Shown one piece after another: positions 1 to 11,042 of a stretch of DNA of 64,000 nucleotides (the first letter of the stretch is position 1; the number at the start of each line of letters is the position of its first letter). The notes below the pieces were generated by a model. That model was not told the DNA's origin. It saw nothing but the letters and a program-made list of their open reading frames with translations, and did not search any database. This stretch comes from a virus. Location: the IMG/VR virus record IMGVR_UViG_3300028840_003271, positions 32,001 through 96,000 of that record; one strand, 5' to 3'. The position numbers and the translations under genes are program-made.

Positions 1-522
1 AATTCTTTGTAAAATAAATTGACCACATTTTTTACATCGTAAAATAGATTTAACTTTTTTAGTTTTAACTATTTCATCAACAGCACGAATTACTCCATAA
101 TTTTTTGTTTTTTGCCAATAATCGTCTTCCGCTAAATATCCTCCAATTTTTACTTTTGGTAAATATGCTTCAAGTTCTGAATGAATTAATTCATAATTAT
201 GAAATGTATCTAAATATACAAAATCAAAAAATTCATTTACAAATAAAGACGACACTTGAACAGAATCCTTTCTTAATATTGTAACATTATTAAGTGGTAT
301 ATATTGTTGATATGTTTTTTCATAAATATCGTTAGCAGTAAGGTTTTGTTTTTCGTGTGGTTGAATCCATAAATCTATTAAGTATAAATGTTTTGGATTT
401 TTGTCTAAAATTAAAGACGCATTTTCTCCTAAAAAAACACCAACCTCAGCACATATTGATCGAGTGTTAATATATTGAGTATATATTTGTTTTCTTTTTT
501 TTCTTTTAAGAACTTCGTTCAT
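1..522 (-). CDS. Class I SAM-dependent methyltransferase (Methyltransf_24-like), runs off the window edge
   Basis: Manual translation from ATG 522: MNEVLKRK...AEVGVFLGEN...YLIDLW...DFVYLDTFHNYE...LPKVKIGGYLAEDDY. Not in the ORF track because it is truncated. Confidence 0.75.
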   Translation of the reverse strand, partial: MNEVLKRKKRKQIYTQYINTRSICAEVGVFLGENASLILDKNPKHLYLIDLWIQPHEKQNLTANDIYEKTYQQYIPLNNVTILRKDSVQVSSLFVNEFFDFVYLDTFHNYELIHSELEAYLPKVKIGGYLAEDDYWQKTKNYGVIRAVDEIVKTKKVKSILRCKKCGQFILQRI

Positions 523-1565
523 TATAACATAGAATTTCTTGGTATATTTATTGCTTCACAACTTGGATAAGGATTTGATGGAGCAAAATCGTTGATAATT
601 GTTCGACGAGGACATGTTTGAAACAATATCCTATCAGCTTTAATACCACATCTTTCTATTTGTTCTAATGTTTCTTTTTCAAATTCTCTAGTACGACTTG
701 TTGTAATTATGATTTGATTACCTTGGTCATAAAGAGCATTAATATAGTCAATATTTGCTTGAATACCTTTTGTGGTTCCCCAATACGGTTCAAGATATTC
801 TCCTGAATTTTCTACAAGAATTCCATCTAGGTCCACAAAAATAGTTTGAAACTGTTTTTTATATTGTAACCAGTCATCAAGAGTTCCCCAATCTTTGTAG
901 TTTTGTACTTCAATAGTGTTGACGATATAGCCTCCATACAACATATAATGAAGAATAGTGGATAAATAAATATTAGAATGTTCTTTTGGATTTGTATTAG
1001 ATAATATTCTATAATAATCTTTACAAAACCTTTTAGCATTATCTATTGAATATAATCCACAACAAAACTTATCACTAATTACTCGTTTTTCAATGATATT
1101 TACAACCTGACCAACATCATTTACTTGAACATAACTTTTATTGGAAGGGTTGACGCTTAATAAATCATTTAAACTTACAACAGTAACATTGTTACCGTTT
1201 TGTGGCATACATTCAAAGTAATTATCACAATCCTTAATGTGTATTTGGTCCTGAATATTTTCTTGCTCAATAATTTTGACCACTGTTTCTGGTTGTGATA
1301 ACGTTGGTTTATCCAAAATAGAATATTTAACTTTAATAGTATCCAATTTTTTTTCTAATTGTCTCATTAATCGAGAACCAAACTTATACTTATCATAGTG
1401 TTCTCGAAGAACACCAATGTATATTTGGTCAATATTTTTTAAATCAATACCTCTTAAACTTTGTGTGACCATAGCATTACCATTTGGGTGAGTTAGTAAA
1501 TACTTTGGTCTCATATTGGGATATCTTGATGATTGTCCAGCACAAGGAACTATTAGTGTAGACAT
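522..1565 (-). CDS. Sugar-phosphate nucleotidyltransferase-like domain fused to a HAD-family phosphatase
   Basis: N-terminal PCAGQSSRY...RPKYLL motif and DWGT; C-terminal FVDLDGIL (DxD), TTSR and INDF HAD motifs. Confidence 0.75.
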   Translation of the reverse strand: MSTLIVPCAGQSSRYPNMRPKYLLTHPNGNAMVTQSLRGIDLKNIDQIYIGVLREHYDKYKFGSRLMRQLEKKLDTIKVKYSILDKPTLSQPETVVKIIEQENIQDQIHIKDCDNYFECMPQNGNNVTVVSLNDLLSVNPSNKSYVQVNDVGQVVNIIEKRVISDKFCCGLYSIDNAKRFCKDYYRILSNTNPKEHSNIYLSTILHYMLYGGYIVNTIEVQNYKDWGTLDDWLQYKKQFQTIFVDLDGILVENSGEYLEPYWGTTKGIQANIDYINALYDQGNQIIITTSRTREFEKETLEQIERCGIKADRILFQTCPRRTIINDFAPSNPYPSCEAINIPRNSML

Positions 1566-2341
1566 TTAATTTGCTCCAGTAAATAGTCGTCTGTTTCTGA
1601 ATTTGTAGAATATGGAATAATACGACAAAAATTGATAAATTGAAATAGTTTGTAATACTTATTATACCACTCAAACTGTTCGAAAAATTGAACAAGTTTT
1701 TCATCCATATAGTTTAACATTGTCTTTATTCTTGTTTGGTCATAGTCATCTGAACTCAAAAAACATTCCCAATGGTGTTTTGTGCTTTGACGAAGTTTTA
1801 CTATGTCAATTAATGGTGTTTCAATAAAACTATCGAGAAAATCAATAAGAACAATTTGATTTTTCAGTGTGTCAATTAAAATATTACTCAACGTACAATC
1901 CCCATGACATACTCCAATCGGTAATGTTAAAAATCCTGGCACACCAGTTGTTAAAATAGGTATTATATTGTTACATTTTTTTTCAATCGATTCGTATTTA
2001 TCCAGTATAATGTTACCATCAATGGTTTGTATTGAACTGTTCTGAATTTCATAATCAATAAACCGACAAAGTGTGGTGACTAATTCATCAACTTGTGATT
2101 TAGTAGCATAAATTAGAAATTGAAGAATGTTCACATGGTTGACATATTCCATTTCAATAGAATGAATTTCTTGAGAAATTGTTGGTACACAAAGACGAGA
2201 TGGTAAATCAAAATTAGAAAACTGTCGCTGTTTTTTTGCTTGAGCAATAAGACGATTAATGTCGTAGTTATTCGACGATGCTGATTTTATTACTTTACCA
2301 TCTTTAATCTCGATAGTGCAACCGGATTTTCCTTGAATCAC
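1553..2341 (-). CDS. APH/choline-kinase-like phosphotransferase (probable sugar kinase)
   Basis: GKSG glycine loop, HGDCTLSNIL catalytic loop and LIDF motif. Confidence 0.75.
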   Translation of the reverse strand: MIQGKSGCTIEIKDGKVIKSASSNNYDINRLIAQAKKQRQFSNFDLPSRLCVPTISQEIHSIEMEYVNHVNILQFLIYATKSQVDELVTTLCRFIDYEIQNSSIQTIDGNIILDKYESIEKKCNNIIPILTTGVPGFLTLPIGVCHGDCTLSNILIDTLKNQIVLIDFLDSFIETPLIDIVKLRQSTKHHWECFLSSDDYDQTRIKTMLNYMDEKLVQFFEQFEWYNKYYKLFQFINFCRIIPYSTNSETDDYLLEQIKCLH

Positions 2342-2919
2342 TTTCTAACTACTATATCATTATATAATTCTATATCCTTTTTACAATATTCTTTCACTTT
2401 ATTATAACTAGGTGCTAACAACCTTGAAATAATTTCATAATAAGGTGGATGAATTGTTGCTTTATCATGTATAAGAGGAATGTCTACTCCAAGTTTATCA
2501 CATATTATTTTCCAATTTCTGTCAATATTTTCTAATGTTCCAAAATGTATTCTTTCATCTAATTTACCATCAATAGTTATTTGAGGATACATTTGAGGAC
2601 ATTCAAGATATCCATTCTTATTTATCCACCTATCAAAAGTTACATCTGATGATAGATTATTGGGTGGTTTTCTAACCTGTTGTAAATAATAATAAAATGA
2701 TACAATACGAGCATATGGATGACGAACTATTGAAAACACAAAATAATTCCTCCATTGTTCGTATGTAAGATTTTTAGAGAAAAGAAATTTATGTTGTAGT
2801 GGACGATACTTTTCTCGTGAAACTCCAAGATGTTTAGCAATACTTTTAGTTATTGATGATCCACCACATTTTGCTAAGTGAATATAAATAACTTTGAGGT
2901 CTGGATGATTAACTATCAT
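2338..2919 (-). CDS. Sulfotransferase family 2 protein
   Basis: YIHLAKCGGSSI (5'-PSB) and VRHPYARIVSFY (3'-PB) motifs. Confidence 0.8.
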   Translation of the reverse strand: MIVNHPDLKVIYIHLAKCGGSSITKSIAKHLGVSREKYRPLQHKFLFSKNLTYEQWRNYFVFSIVRHPYARIVSFYYYLQQVRKPPNNLSSDVTFDRWINKNGYLECPQMYPQITIDGKLDERIHFGTLENIDRNWKIICDKLGVDIPLIHDKATIHPPYYEIISRLLAPSYNKVKEYCKKDIELYNDIVVRK

Positions 2920-3457
2920 TTAATAAACCATATAAGTATTGTTTGTGTTTTTGTACATAAATATATTGTGATAATTGTTCTATCCACCATTTTTCTGGTT
3001 GAACTGTAAGGTGTAAATTTCGTTTATCTGTTAAATAATCATTGTGGTTGGTGTTTGCTAATCTATAACAAATTGAAAACACTAATCCTTTTGATACTAT
3101 TCTAACAAATTCTTTTAATACATCGTGTATTTCGTTTGGTAGTAAATGTTCCATAACATCAAAAGCTACTATCCACTCAAAACTTTTATTCTTAAATGGT
3201 AAATTATGTGCAAAAGCAATTTGGTCTGCTTGTGGAGAAGCAAAATCTACACCAACACATTTAACACTTTTTACTTTCATAAGTTTACAAAAACCGTTAT
3301 CACCACATCCAACATCTAAAACTTTTTTAGGATTAAACTTTGATATGAAAAAATCAATAAAATCTTTTCCATGAATATATTGTCCATAATGCGAACACAT
3401 TCCATAAAGCTGACGATATCTTTTTTGTTCTTGTAGTTGTTGCTGATGTAAATTCAT
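2909..3457 (-). CDS. Class I SAM-dependent methyltransferase
   Basis: VLDVGCG, GVDF, LPF and FDVMEHL motifs. Confidence 0.8.
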   Translation of the reverse strand: MNLHQQQLQEQKRYRQLYGMCSHYGQYIHGKDFIDFFISKFNPKKVLDVGCGDNGFCKLMKVKSVKCVGVDFASPQADQIAFAHNLPFKNKSFEWIVAFDVMEHLLPNEIHDVLKEFVRIVSKGLVFSICYRLANTNHNDYLTDKRNLHLTVQPEKWWIEQLSQYIYVQKHKQYLYGLLNDS

Positions 3458-5160
3458 TATGTATGAATATTAAATTCAGACGCCCATAATCTTAAATAAA
3501 ATAAGGATACTCGTTTTTTCATATGATTATCAAACAAATGTAATATGTCGTTTGTATTTTTATGAAAACCTTTAGAGTTTATTTCTCGAATTTTTCTGCT
3601 TATAAACGGATGATATGACCAAGATTTTTTTGGAATTGACCAACCGGTTTTTTTCTTATTTAAAACAAAGTTTGGTAATTTGTTTTTATAAGTTTGCTTA
3701 CTTAAAATTTTAACATTTTGTGACCATTGATTTTTTTTCTCAAAAGGTTTATTTGTAATTTTGTGTATATAAGGAATATTTAAAACATATTGACGAACCA
3801 AATTTGTTGTTAATGGAAATCTGGCTTCCATAGAAAACTTCATTCCAAGTTTATCATTACGAATTAAATAATCTTCACAAAGTTGAGTATAACATTCAAT
3901 TAAAAGTTCGTTATTACGAATGTCTGGACCAAATAAATCTGAAGGATACCAAGACTGCATATATTCATTAATTCTTTTTGCAAGATGTAAATCACCCTGC
4001 ATTACACCATTATGATACCAATGTTTATATTGTGATTTACAATTCGTAGGTAATTTTGTGTGTTTGATATAACCTGTAAAAATTTCATCACCACCATCAC
4101 CAGATAATGTAACAATAATTCCTTGTTCAGACATATATTTATACATTAAGTAATATGCTGGTGTGTTAATATTAGCATGTGGTAATTCTAATGCTTGAAT
4201 TGTTGGAAGAATAGCGTCTACAAAATCTTGTATATTAATAACTAATTCTGTATGGTTACTTTTATAGTGTTTACTTAATTTTAACGCTACATCAGCATCA
4301 TCATTAAATACTGTCTCGTTTGTATCAAATCTTGTTGAAAAAGTATCCATTTGGGTAAATTGACTACCTTCATGTAAAATGGCAGACGAATCTAATCCAC
4401 CACTTAATAATAATGCTATACGACGCTTACCCATCAAACATCTTTTTACAGATGTGGAAATAATATTAGATAATTTATCAGGTTCAAAAGTTGAAGAATT
4501 ATCCAATTTAAATTTTACACTATTTTTTTTCTCTGTAATTTCTTGTTTTTGACAATCATATATTAAAATCTGTCCAGGATAAAGTTGATAGATATTTTCA
4601 ATAAGAGTTAATGGTCCTGGAACGTATCCTAAATCTTGATATAATTTAAGAGCAAAAATATCTAATTTACGACTAATATGTGGTACTGAAAGAATAGATT
4701 TCAAACTTGATGAAAACACTAATTTGTTATTTATTGTTGAATAATATAATGGTTTTGTTCCACCATTATCTCTAGCAAGAATAAGTTGTTTAGTTTGTTT
4801 ATTATACCAAGATATAGCATACATACCATCAACATTATTTAAACCATCAATTCCATTTTTAAAAAGATGATACGCTAATACTTCTGTATCAGTTTCGGTA
4901 ACAAATTTACAATCTGTTAAATTATTTTTTAAATCTAAATAATTATAAATTTCACCATTAAAACATAAAACATATGAACTAATGCTCCAAGGTTGTTTTG
5001 AAACCAAACTACTATCAGTAATTGATAAAAGATTATGTCCTAATGTTACATATTCATCATGATATATGTCCTGATTGTTTGGTCCTCGATGAATTGACAG
5101 GTCAATCATTTTTTGAACTTGTTCAATATCTTTGACTGTTATACCATAAATTCCACACAT
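3457..5160 (-). CDS. asnB: Asparagine synthase (glutamine-hydrolysing) family amidotransferase
   Basis: MCGI Ntn N-terminus, HRGP, FNGEIYN, TDTEV, LSGGLDSS, SGDGGDEIF.GY and EARFP. Confidence 0.9.
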   Translation of the reverse strand: MCGIYGITVKDIEQVQKMIDLSIHRGPNNQDIYHDEYVTLGHNLLSITDSSLVSKQPWSISSYVLCFNGEIYNYLDLKNNLTDCKFVTETDTEVLAYHLFKNGIDGLNNVDGMYAISWYNKQTKQLILARDNGGTKPLYYSTINNKLVFSSSLKSILSVPHISRKLDIFALKLYQDLGYVPGPLTLIENIYQLYPGQILIYDCQKQEITEKKNSVKFKLDNSSTFEPDKLSNIISTSVKRCLMGKRRIALLLSGGLDSSAILHEGSQFTQMDTFSTRFDTNETVFNDDADVALKLSKHYKSNHTELVINIQDFVDAILPTIQALELPHANINTPAYYLMYKYMSEQGIIVTLSGDGGDEIFTGYIKHTKLPTNCKSQYKHWYHNGVMQGDLHLAKRINEYMQSWYPSDLFGPDIRNNELLIECYTQLCEDYLIRNDKLGMKFSMEARFPLTTNLVRQYVLNIPYIHKITNKPFEKKNQWSQNVKILSKQTYKNKLPNFVLNKKKTGWSIPKKSWSYHPFISRKIREINSKGFHKNTNDILHLFDNHMKKRVSLFYLRLWASEFNIHT

Positions 5161-5164
5161 AATA

Positions 5165-6004
5165 TTATTTCAAACGAGGTAATAATTTTGTTTCAGGATA
5201 AAATTTATGTCTTTTTTTACATAAACATCTTTTCCACGGTAATCTGACAATTTCTATATCATTTTTATCCAATTGTCTTTGAATAGCACGATGAGGTAAA
5301 CCCCACCCACCACATTCTTTATAATTGAAAAAAATTAGTCTATCAATATCTGAATATACTGATGTATATACACACATTGTATCCGATGTACCAATAGCTG
5401 TTTGGTCGTCTGGTCCAGAACCATATTGACACTTATTATCTGTTCCTTCAGGAATAAAAAGTTGTCCTTTTTGAGGTAAAAACTCTTTTTTTATTGGTTC
5501 AAGAAACAAGTTATCAAAACGATTTCTAATAACATAGTTATAATTAAACCCATGTTCTTCTTCATAAATCTGACGTAATTGATCAGATTTCCATATGTTA
5601 TAAAGCATTCCAAGCTGATTGTGTGCAATTTGACTACCACATATTTTACATTTGAGTGACTTTTGCTTACACTCACACTTCGTCATTTGTTGAAATTCAT
5701 AAAGTTTACATTGTTGTGCTAATTCTTCTTTTCTCAATAAAGTATAGTCTTCGTGGTTATATTGAAGTGGTTTATATAAATCTAATACTTCGTCAAAAGT
5801 TCCCTCGTCATTTGAAACATGTTTGTTTTGAGGTATAACATGGTTCCAACAACTTATAAAAGTGTCGATTTCATATTGCCACGACGACAGCACATCAAGA
5901 ATGTTTTGCTTATAATGTGGATAACAAGATTTGAACTCACGAGGAGCACCACTAAAACAAATTGCTATTTTTTTATTGGACATATCTTTGTAAATATTTT
6001 TCAA
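5165..6004 (-). CDS. Putative glycan-modifying protein
   Basis: KIAICFSGAPR.F N-terminus, Y.YVIR.RFD and D..A.G motifs typical of viral glyco-cluster proteins; probable start at MSNKK. Confidence 0.5.
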   Translation of the reverse strand: MKNIYKDMSNKKIAICFSGAPREFKSCYPHYKQNILDVLSSWQYEIDTFISCWNHVIPQNKHVSNDEGTFDEVLDLYKPLQYNHEDYTLLRKEELAQQCKLYEFQQMTKCECKQKSLKCKICGSQIAHNQLGMLYNIWKSDQLRQIYEEEHGFNYNYVIRNRFDNLFLEPIKKEFLPQKGQLFIPEGTDNKCQYGSGPDDQTAIGTSDTMCVYTSVYSDIDRLIFFNYKECGGWGLPHRAIQRQLDKNDIEIVRLPWKRCLCKKRHKFYPETKLLPRLK

Positions 6005-6653
6005 ATAGTTTAGGATACTTACATTCTACATAATCACACAACCATTCTCGCTCAGCATTATCATATTTAGCAATGTGGTATTTGTGTTTTTGTTTCATAT
6101 TATATGTTCTACGACTACAAAATTCAGCATCTTGAATTTGTTGTTTAGTTATATTTTCATAGTTTTCCAGATTTAAAAACTTAAAAAGCGGATAAAGCTG
6201 TTCAAATCGACCAATAAAATCTTCATAATATAACAAAAGTTTACAATTTGGATAATTATCATATGCTCGGAGATTAACAAAGTAACTTTCAAGTGCTGTA
6301 GCATTTAATCTTGCTTTGAGTGGTTCATTTTTTCCGTAAGTTAATTTCTTATTTGTTCGTATATATCCATCATAAAAATCTCTCAAGAGAAGAATTATTT
6401 TATTATAACGATAGCTTCCGTCAATATTAAATAATGGTTCAATTGTTGGACGACCTATTTTATCTGTTCCTCTTACATCGTGAGTTCTTCTAATCCAAAA
6501 ATCTTCTTCTTTTTCTACATCATCGTATGCTTTATTTGTAACCAATTTGAGCATTTGACATACATAATTTGTGCCAGAACGAGGATATGCTACTATAATA
6601 GGTTTATTAAAATGTTGAATTGGAATTGTCGTTGTCACTGTTTCGATTTTCAA
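5973..6653 (-). CDS. Sulfotransferase domain protein
   Basis: AYPRSGTNY (PSB loop), LLRD..D and YEDF motifs. Confidence 0.7.
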   Translation of the reverse strand: MKIETVTTTIPIQHFNKPIIVAYPRSGTNYVCQMLKLVTNKAYDDVEKEEDFWIRRTHDVRGTDKIGRPTIEPLFNIDGSYRYNKIILLLRDFYDGYIRTNKKLTYGKNEPLKARLNATALESYFVNLRAYDNYPNCKLLLYYEDFIGRFEQLYPLFKFLNLENYENITKQQIQDAEFCSRRTYNMKQKHKYHIAKYDNAEREWLCDYVECKYPKLFEKYLQRYVQ

Positions 6654-6810
6654 TATCCTTTTTTGCTAGTTTTCTTGCCCTTTTATTTATTGCTCTTTTG
6701 ACTTTTTTACCTAGACCCGTATGATTATTAAACACACATAAAAATTTCCTCCAACGAGTTGTCCAATCCTGTTCATCACCATTAATAGTTGGTATTCTAT
6801 CTTTTCTCAT
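6607..6810 (-). CDS. Small basic hypothetical protein
   Basis: ORF in operon; GDEQD..TRWRK...KVKRAINKRARK pattern. Confidence 0.5.
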   Translation of the reverse strand: MRKDRIPTINGDEQDWTTRWRKFLCVFNNHTGLGKKVKRAINKRARKLAKKDIENRNSDNDNSNSTF

Positions 6811-6820
6811 GATATAATAA

Positions 6821-7756
6821 TTATTTTTCTAAAATTTTTAGAGAAAAAAGATAATCTAAATAGTCTCCGTTTGATAATTCTTTGAGTGACCAATGACAGT
6901 ATGCCATATCACACAACCATTGATAACGATCATAATAATATGGTGGATTTATAACATTTTTTACACAAGAATAAGATACGTTATATGTTGGACAGTTTTG
7001 GTTTAAAGTAAAAATTGGAACTCCATGTAGAAATGCTTCAATTGTCGTTTTTGAACTAACGGTTATTAAGCATTTAGCATTATATAAGTCTTCAAACAAT
7101 GTTCTTGTTGGTAAAATTTCTACACTTGGAGGAATATCTAAAAACATATCTTCTCCAAGACTTTTCCATCTTGGACGGCCTGGATGTGTTCTAATACTTA
7201 CTGGTATAGAATTATCAATTTTACGAATTTGGTTATAGGTATTCCATATCCATCGTGTCCATTGTTTTCTAGTTTTAAAATTGTGTCCTATCCCTTCCGG
7301 TCTAAATTGCTCGCAAATTAAAATATATCCTTCTGTATGCCATCTGGGTGAATCATCTACCAACCAAGAAAAATAATTGTTTTGTGATAGTCTTTCATGG
7401 TCGTGTCCTTTTTTATACCAACATCGAGCATAATCTTTATCTAATAGTTCAGTATAAACATAAATTTGATCAGATGGTAAAAATGGGTTACACCATTCTT
7501 CTTTTTCTTTAAAACCAACCACTCCTTTTGGATGTAATACGGGTGATTTTATTGTGAGAAACTTTCCTCCATGTTTCTTTTGTTTCTCAATAATTTTTTG
7601 TGCTTTATTATTAAAAGTGAAAGACACGATTAAATCATATATTTCGTCTGGATTATATAGTGAATATTTCAATTCGTGTTTATGTAATCCATCTACAAAA
7701 TGATTAGCAAAGTTTTTTAGAATTGGTTTATCTTTTAGAAATAGTCCAATTTTCAT
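6821..7756 (-). CDS. Capsule-synthesis-like (GT-B) glycosyltransferase, paralog 1
   Basis: RTHP, SSKTTIEAFLHGVP and R.QWLCDMAY.HW...EL motifs shared with 7989 and 11018. Confidence 0.6.
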   Translation of the reverse strand: MKIGLFLKDKPILKNFANHFVDGLHKHELKYSLYNPDEIYDLIVSFTFNNKAQKIIEKQKKHGGKFLTIKSPVLHPKGVVGFKEKEEWCNPFLPSDQIYVYTELLDKDYARCWYKKGHDHERLSQNNYFSWLVDDSPRWHTEGYILICEQFRPEGIGHNFKTRKQWTRWIWNTYNQIRKIDNSIPVSIRTHPGRPRWKSLGEDMFLDIPPSVEILPTRTLFEDLYNAKCLITVSSKTTIEAFLHGVPIFTLNQNCPTYNVSYSCVKNVINPPYYYDRYQWLCDMAYCHWSLKELSNGDYLDYLFSLKILEK

Positions 7757-7779
7757 TATGTTTTCCAGTCTATTTGAAC

Positions 7780-7992
7780 TTATATGGAAGATAAGTCTTT
7801 AGTAATATCAAATAATAATGTTTTTAGTCTTTTAATTTCGTGTTCGTATGCCCATTCAATTATGGAAGAATGTGTTGGAATAGTTTGTAATTCTTCACAT
7901 TTTTTTAATGCCCAATTTGGCACTTTTGAATTTTTCCAATATCCATGTTTTTTTAGAAATTGAACGTCTTGATATGGAGTTGAATTTGTCAT
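7780..7992 (-). CDS. Hypothetical protein
   Basis: ORF coupled to the upstream gene by a start/stop overlap. Confidence 0.45.
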   Translation of the reverse strand: MTNSTPYQDVQFLKKHGYWKNSKVPNWALKKCEELQTIPTHSSIIEWAYEHEIKRLKTLLFDITKDLSSI

Positions 7993-8885
7993 CTTAGTCC
8001 TCTACAAATATGTTTCCACGCTTCTCCAGTTTGAAGTTCGATTAAATTCCATTGGGTATATGCTAAATCACAAACCCATTGAAGTCGTGATATTTTAATT
8101 GGTTTGTTGATAGTTAATAAATCTTTATTACATACATTCCATATCATCGAACCTTTATCACAAGCATAAGCAGGTACTCCTGCAATTAAAGAGTCTACTC
8201 CACAATTTGAGTTAAAAGTAACGGTAGCCCAAGCGTTTTGTAAATCGTCGTCAATGTTTGAGTGGTTAGAATAGATAGCATTCTTTATTGTTATTTGACC
8301 CTTTTGTCCGTGTGGACGAAAAACAATATCTCGTCTTGTATGTTCTTGAAGTATTTTATAGGTATGTCTACACCATTCTATGTGGTTACTATGTTGAACA
8401 GACGAATCCCACGGAATTTGACCACATAATAAAATGTATTTTTGTAGTAATTCTTTATTGTCATCTCTCCAAGGACTCAATTTAATGTTTAATTTATTCC
8501 ATCTATCTGGTGGACTGTTTTCGTTACAAAAGTTAGCTCGTCCATTAAGTCCGCTCCATCCTACAGAATAATACTTATCTCGATGTATATAACCTCTTTC
8601 TATTACTAACCAAGGTTTTCCATTATGAGACTTAACTAATTGAGGTATTAAGTGTCCTCTAACATTACCATTTGAACGACCAATTTTAGATATACCAAAC
8701 GTTACCAATATATCACATTGTTGATAACCTTGATACATATCATAAATTTCTACATTTTCACGACAATTTTTAAATCCATCGTATAAACAATTCAAAACTT
8801 TAACATGTTTTTCTTTTTCTGGTTGACGAAAAATTCCAATTTTCATAAAAATCTTCCTTATATATGAAATATAATACCCATACAA
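7989..8885 (-). CDS. Capsule-synthesis-like (GT-B) glycosyltransferase, paralog 2
   Basis: ERGY, NSPPDRW, FRPH, NSNCGVDSLIAGVP and QWVCDLAYTQW; probable start at MKIGIF. Confidence 0.6.
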   Translation of the reverse strand: MYGYYISYIRKIFMKIGIFRQPEKEKHVKVLNCLYDGFKNCRENVEIYDMYQGYQQCDILVTFGISKIGRSNGNVRGHLIPQLVKSHNGKPWLVIERGYIHRDKYYSVGWSGLNGRANFCNENSPPDRWNKLNIKLSPWRDDNKELLQKYILLCGQIPWDSSVQHSNHIEWCRHTYKILQEHTRRDIVFRPHGQKGQITIKNAIYSNHSNIDDDLQNAWATVTFNSNCGVDSLIAGVPAYACDKGSMIWNVCNKDLLTINKPIKISRLQWVCDLAYTQWNLIELQTGEAWKHICRGLR

Positions 8886-8961
8886 AGTTTTTCAATTAGA
8901 AAAATTGTTGAGATAAAAAAGTTAGAATAATATATACGATATAATTTATGTAATATGGAAT

Positions 8962-9792
8962 TCATTGTATATATTTATCCAAAATTTTGTATTTAAATTT
9001 GCCTTTATTATGACGAATGTATGAAGAAAATAGTCCGTGTTGAATTGCTTCTTTTGGTCCTTTCTGATTTTTCACCAAATCTCGCGTAGGATATTGTGGA
9101 TTTTCTTCAATTACTTTTTTAATTACATAACCATCATCAAATCTTTCATATTTACGAAATCGACCATCCAAAAAATAATCAATCATAAGTTGTAATAATT
9201 CAAAACCTTGATGTTTTTCTCTCCAACCAATAAAGCCAGCTTCAATACCTAAGTCTACTTTCCTTCTTTTTTCACCTAAATGATAAAACATTCCAGTATC
9301 ACCAAATGCTTCTAATAAAAGTGGTTTTGGTATTTGTTGTAGAAAAGTTACGTCGGCATCAACAAAAACAATCATTTTAAATTCAGATAAAGTTAAAGCA
9401 TACTTTAATGCTATGATTTTACGAAACCATTGAGATGCTCGAAAATTGTAATAGGTTCTTAAACATCCTTTTTTATGGTCACACGTTTTCCAAATATCTT
9501 TACCAAGTTTACAGTTACAAGGTCCAACCAAACCACCAAGTTCTTTTGGAATAATATCTTTATTGTCGTCTAACCATTTTGAAAGAATTTTGTCATTATC
9601 CAAATTATAAAGCATTATAGGAGATGGGTCTGAATAACTATTTGCTGTTTTTATGACTACGTTAGATAAATTGTTTTCATAAGTTACTAAAAGATTACCA
9701 TTTACTTTAACACTTAAAAAAGATTCAACCAATGCTGAACCACAAATATTCCACAGTTGTTTATTTACACTCGTGACATAAAGTACTTTCAT
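8962..9792 (-). CDS. Putative GT-A glycosyltransferase, paralog A
   Basis: WFRKI, FVDAD (DxD), EAGF, DDGYV and H.KG motifs. Confidence 0.6.
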   Translation of the reverse strand: MKVLYVTSVNKQLWNICGSALVESFLSVKVNGNLLVTYENNLSNVVIKTANSYSDPSPIMLYNLDNDKILSKWLDDNKDIIPKELGGLVGPCNCKLGKDIWKTCDHKKGCLRTYYNFRASQWFRKIIALKYALTLSEFKMIVFVDADVTFLQQIPKPLLLEAFGDTGMFYHLGEKRRKVDLGIEAGFIGWREKHQGFELLQLMIDYFLDGRFRKYERFDDGYVIKKVIEENPQYPTRDLVKNQKGPKEAIQHGLFSSYIRHNKGKFKYKILDKYIQ

Positions 9793-9990
9793 TTTTTCTA
9801 TTCTTTCTTTTTATTACAAAATGCTAAAAATCCACTACCGACTAATAATGCTGTATGTATATTGGTCCACTCTTTAGTATGACTTAATAAATTTAAAGAT
9901 AACAACAGTATTGTAATAAACATTATATAAAAAACAATATGCCAAGCACGGTCAAACAAATAAAATAATAAGTTTTTTATTATAATTTTC

Positions 9991-10821
9991 CTAATTCTTG
10001 ACTACTAATCCACTACGAGAATGTATACCTTTTAAATGTTGAACATAATCTCTAAACGGTCCATGGCAAATTACATGACCACCAACTTGTTCAATATGTG
10101 GTTGTACAACATCAATAACTTTAATATTAGGATTTTCTTCTAAAATCTTTTTGTAAACATAACCATCATCCCAGCGTATAAATCTTTTAAAATCTCCAGA
10201 CATATAGCAATCAATGACTAGTCGTGGAAACATGGAATTTTGTTTAAAAACAAGAAACCCTGCTTCAACACCCATATCACGACGAATTTTATGTTCACCT
10301 AAATGAATTAGAACTTCATTATTTCCCAAAGCAGATAGAATTATTGAATATGGAAGATGTTGTGTAAATATTGTATCACAATCTAATAAAACAGTTAGTT
10401 CATGTTGAGGTACTTCTTTACCTGTAGCATATATTATAGTGATAATTTTACGAAACCATCGAGCAGTTTGACGATTAAAATTGGTTCCATATTTATTTTT
10501 TATCAAGTTGCCAAAAGTTTCACACCGTCCACCATATTCAGATGGTATTATATCAGCATTATCTTCAGTCCATTTTCGTAATGTTGGATCGTGAGTAATA
10601 TCAAATAAGTAAAAGTTTTGACCAGTAGATAATTTAACTACACCAGCTTCCTGACCTAATTGTTTCTTTAATTCTCGTCGTAAACCTGTTTCATTATCTT
10701 CATAGCATATCAACATATTTCCTTCGGTCATTGTGTTGACAAAGGAGTTTATCATATTTTTACCAGTAGCATCATAGAGTTTACGATTAAATGTGGTAAT
10801 GTAGAGTGGTTTGTTATTCAT
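9991..10821 (-). CDS. Putative GT-A glycosyltransferase, paralog B
   Basis: WFRKI, LDCD (DxD), EAGF, WDDGYV and HLKG; same length (276 aa) as the 8962 gene. Confidence 0.6.
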   Translation of the reverse strand: MNNKPLYITTFNRKLYDATGKNMINSFVNTMTEGNMLICYEDNETGLRRELKKQLGQEAGVVKLSTGQNFYLFDITHDPTLRKWTEDNADIIPSEYGGRCETFGNLIKNKYGTNFNRQTARWFRKIITIIYATGKEVPQHELTVLLDCDTIFTQHLPYSIILSALGNNEVLIHLGEHKIRRDMGVEAGFLVFKQNSMFPRLVIDCYMSGDFKRFIRWDDGYVYKKILEENPNIKVIDVVQPHIEQVGGHVICHGPFRDYVQHLKGIHSRSGLVVKN

Positions 10822-11042
10822 TTGGAATTTTCTAATTGTTTAATTAAATGAGCATGTTTTTCACCATCTTCCAATGCTTGTCGTCTCACACCCCAAGCAC
10901 CACGAGCACCATTATATAAACTATAATAACGATATTGGTCACCATGAAAAGTGGATATACGCTCTAAATTATAAAACATACCAAAATGAGGATATTTTTC
11001 TTTTTCTTCCAATTTATCTATTGTTGACATTTTTCTTTCCAT
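10818..11042 (-). CDS. Hypothetical protein
   Basis: ORF in operon. Confidence 0.45.
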   Translation of the reverse strand: MERKMSTIDKLEEKEKYPHFGMFYNLERISTFHGDQYRYYSLYNGARGAWGVRRQALEDGEKHAHLIKQLENSK